Notes under the pieces: model-generated | Database searches by the model: none | The model's input: the letters and a program-made list of their open reading frames with translations, nothing else | Told to the model about the DNA's origin: nothing | Made by a program: the position numbers and the translations under genes | Part shown: positions 62,522 to 64,000 of the stretch, one piece after another | Layout of the letters: every line of letters starts with the position of its first letter | How positions within the stretch are numbered: position 1 is the stretch's first letter | NCBI GenBank assembly: GCA_964506185.1 | Contig: CAZDKL010000004.1 | Coordinates: 179 to 64,178 of the forward strand | Origin: an uncultured Candidatus Peribacteria bacterium | Lineage (GTDB): Bacteria; Patescibacteriota; Gracilibacteria; Peribacterales; Peribacteraceae | Direction of reading: 5' to 3' | Length of the DNA stretch: 64,000 nucleotides

Positions 62522-63130
62522 ATGAAATTACTACTAACAATTCTGCCAGCTCTATTTGTGTTTACAGCCTGTAGTACTAAGACAGATCCTGCAGTAGATG
62601 ATCTCAAAGAGCGAGTAGAAAAACTTGAGGAAGAAAACCGACAATTAAAACAGAAGAAAGAACCGGCTGTTGCACCAAAGCCTGATAAAGCTGCAGTACA
62701 AAAAAAAGTACCGATAACCACAGCACCAAAGAACGAGCCAAGCGATGCACTAAAATTAAAAACCCCATGGTATATGCAACCAACTGAGTCTATACCAGAA
62801 AAACCTGTATTCTACAATTCTTCAAGCAATTTGGTGAAAGATAAATGCACAGAAATACGTAATCAAGAGGAGGCTGCAAAAAATGAAACAATGCAAAATT
62901 ATTTGGAAGCACAGACTGATCTTCGTGAGCAAAACCTTGCGTCTAGGGCAGACCTAGTATCCAAGCTCTCTCACCTAAGTCCAGCTGCAAGACAAAGGAT
63001 TCTTGCCGAACAAGATTCACTATCAAAAGAATCACTAGCCGCTATGGAAAATTTGAAAAATATTAGAATGGATGCAATTGAGTCGGCTTACGATAAAGAG
63101 TATGCCAAAAATGGGTGCAGTTTTTATTAA
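62522..63130 (+). CDS. Lipoprotein with a coiled-coil leader (paralogue family)
   Basis: MKLLLTILPALFVFTAC, then VDDLKERVEKLEEENRQLKQKKEP and a Pro/Lys linker. Confidence 0.75.
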   Translation: MKLLLTILPALFVFTACSTKTDPAVDDLKERVEKLEEENRQLKQKKEPAVAPKPDKAAVQKKVPITTAPKNEPSDALKLKTPWYMQPTESIPEKPVFYNSSSNLVKDKCTEIRNQEEAAKNETMQNYLEAQTDLREQNLASRADLVSKLSHLSPAARQRILAEQDSLSKESLAAMENLKNIRMDAIESAYDKEYAKNGCSFY

Positions 63131-63215
63131 GATGTTGCATGTTAAAAGAAAAAATAATATTAACAATTCCGTTTTATAAACAATCCTCAATTGTGCTGAT
63201 ACAATTCCCAGTCCA

Positions 63216-63449
63216 ATGCCAACTGCAAAAACAACTTTGCGGCTTACTCTCTTTAAAGTTGAGAAAACCAAGTGGAAAGCGGCAGCGAAGCGTCACCGCC
63301 TCAGGCTTTCTGAATTTGTCAGATGGACTGTAAATACCAAGGTCAGGATTCCGACGATAGATCTGGCGGAGAAGCTCGAGAAAAAGAGACCGGAGCAGAT
63401 GTCGATCATTGATGTTACGAAATATGATGCTCAAACTTCAATGTTTTAA
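63216..63449 (+). CDS. Ribbon-helix-helix (CopG/MobC-like) protein
   Basis: TLRLTLFKVEKTKWKAAAKRHRLRLSEFVRWTV has an RHH-type beta-strand plus helix signature. Confidence 0.5.
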   Translation: MPTAKTTLRLTLFKVEKTKWKAAAKRHRLRLSEFVRWTVNTKVRIPTIDLAEKLEKKRPEQMSIIDVTKYDAQTSMF

Positions 63450-63583
63450 CACTGCCGATACATTAAATGGTACCTAAGGGGGTATGGGACCCTGCGGGGG
63501 AATGGGGGTGGGTGCGACGTATGCGGACCAGAAAAAAGGATTGTTAATGTTTTCCATTTACACTTTTTGTTATCATATCTGGT

Positions 63584-63976
63584 ATGGACCTCACAGTGCT
63601 CAACATAAGCAAAGTTAAATCGACCGAAGAAGCTAGCAAGCTCATGAAGGAATCAGCTGTCCTTTTATATATTTTCTTCGGTATTCAATTGTTTATGGGT
63701 GTCTTTGCTTATCCTGTATTACAAGATGTACAAGTGTTCTTAGTGCCTATAGCGCTGTTACTAATGATAGTGGTTGTCCATAGGTTTAAAAACAGAGCAA
63801 TTTCGATCGTGATGCTATGCTATTTGCTATTGGAGCTAGCAAACAGGCTATACAACAAGTTCACAGATCAACAGCCTGCGGCCTTTATTTTAGTTGCAAT
63901 TGTTTGCTATCTTTCGGCGCAAGCAACATATGCTGCAATAAGTATTAAGAGATTCTCAAAAACAAAACAAAGATAG
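63584..63976 (+). CDS. Small membrane protein (3-4 TM helices)
   Basis: Hydrophobic helices: VLLYIFFGIQLFMGVFAYPVL, VFLVPIALLLMIVVV, AISIVMLCYLLLELA and AAFILVAIVCYLSAQA. Confidence 0.55.
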   Translation: MDLTVLNISKVKSTEEASKLMKESAVLLYIFFGIQLFMGVFAYPVLQDVQVFLVPIALLLMIVVVHRFKNRAISIVMLCYLLLELANRLYNKFTDQQPAAFILVAIVCYLSAQATYAAISIKRFSKTKQR

Positions 63977-64000
63977 GACACAAACTCCTATGACTATATC

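Larger units (their letters stand above)
51605..64000. mobile_element. Integrative element 2 at tRNA-Trp (right boundary not identified; may extend past the window)
   Basis: Integrase at the tRNA, a primase-helicase operon, a terS-like HTH gene, a nuclease-helicase, an SLH protein, lipoprotein paralogues and an RHH protein. No housekeeping genes appear up to 64000. Confidence 0.6.

Overview
The window comes from a bacterial genome that uses the standard genetic code. Sampled core genes are about 43-45% GC.

Backbone. Its left end is the 5' ~2.1 kb of a 23S rRNA gene on the minus strand. That gene carries two extra hairpin expansion segments, and there is no 16S gene upstream of it. The rest of the backbone is compact housekeeping DNA:
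- SAM-methyltransferase, ssb, and rpoB with a Lys/Ala/Pro-rich N-tail and an acidic C-tail, not followed by rpoC
- Fe/Mn-SOD, a FemAB-family transferase, and a ~1430-aa SLH-anchored S-layer-like protein
- cysS, class I fructose-bisphosphate aldolase, rnpA-yidC and gatC-gatA
- cell-wall and division genes (LysM-M23 peptidase, D-Ala-D-Ala carboxypeptidase, ftsQ-like, GT4, a second M23 peptidase)
- nnrD, yfiH/pgeF, a dGTPase-like HD protein, an FGase-family hydrolase, an MscS-like channel and a TPR membrane protein

This organisation is reminiscent of a Patescibacteria/CPR-type genome, but that is inference only.

Two integrative elements. Two related elements are present, and each carries a large serine recombinase gene whose 3' end runs antisense into a tRNA gene.
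- Element 1 (about 26.3/32.2-36.5 kb) sits at tRNA-Asp.
- Element 2 (51.6 to at least 64 kb) sits at tRNA-Trp.
- Both have regulator, replication and terS-like modules but no virion structural genes in the window, so they look satellite/PICI-like.
- Their cargo is envelope-directed. It includes paralogous coiled-coil lipoproteins, a Sel1 lipoprotein with a secreted SNase-type nuclease, a protein copying the host S-layer SLH anchor, a GHKL-ATPase plus STAS-like pair, and an Mrr-nuclease/SF2-helicase with five C-terminal repeats.

Palindromic simple-repeat hairpins. The most unusual signal in the raw sequence is a pervasive population of hairpins whose arms are built from short tandem repeats. 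They occur between genes, inside the 23S rRNA and in frame inside protein genes (femX-like, cysS, GT4). Different loci share identical 19-23-nt strings.

GC-rich islands. Two islands of ~50-57% GC are present, plus a ~110-bp GC-rich patch. The two larger islands are a csrA island at 16.6-17.7 kb and a tandem-paralogue island at 48.2-49.8 kb. These may be horizontal acquisitions or assembly chimeras.

No CRISPR array, cas genes or classical restriction-modification operon were seen.
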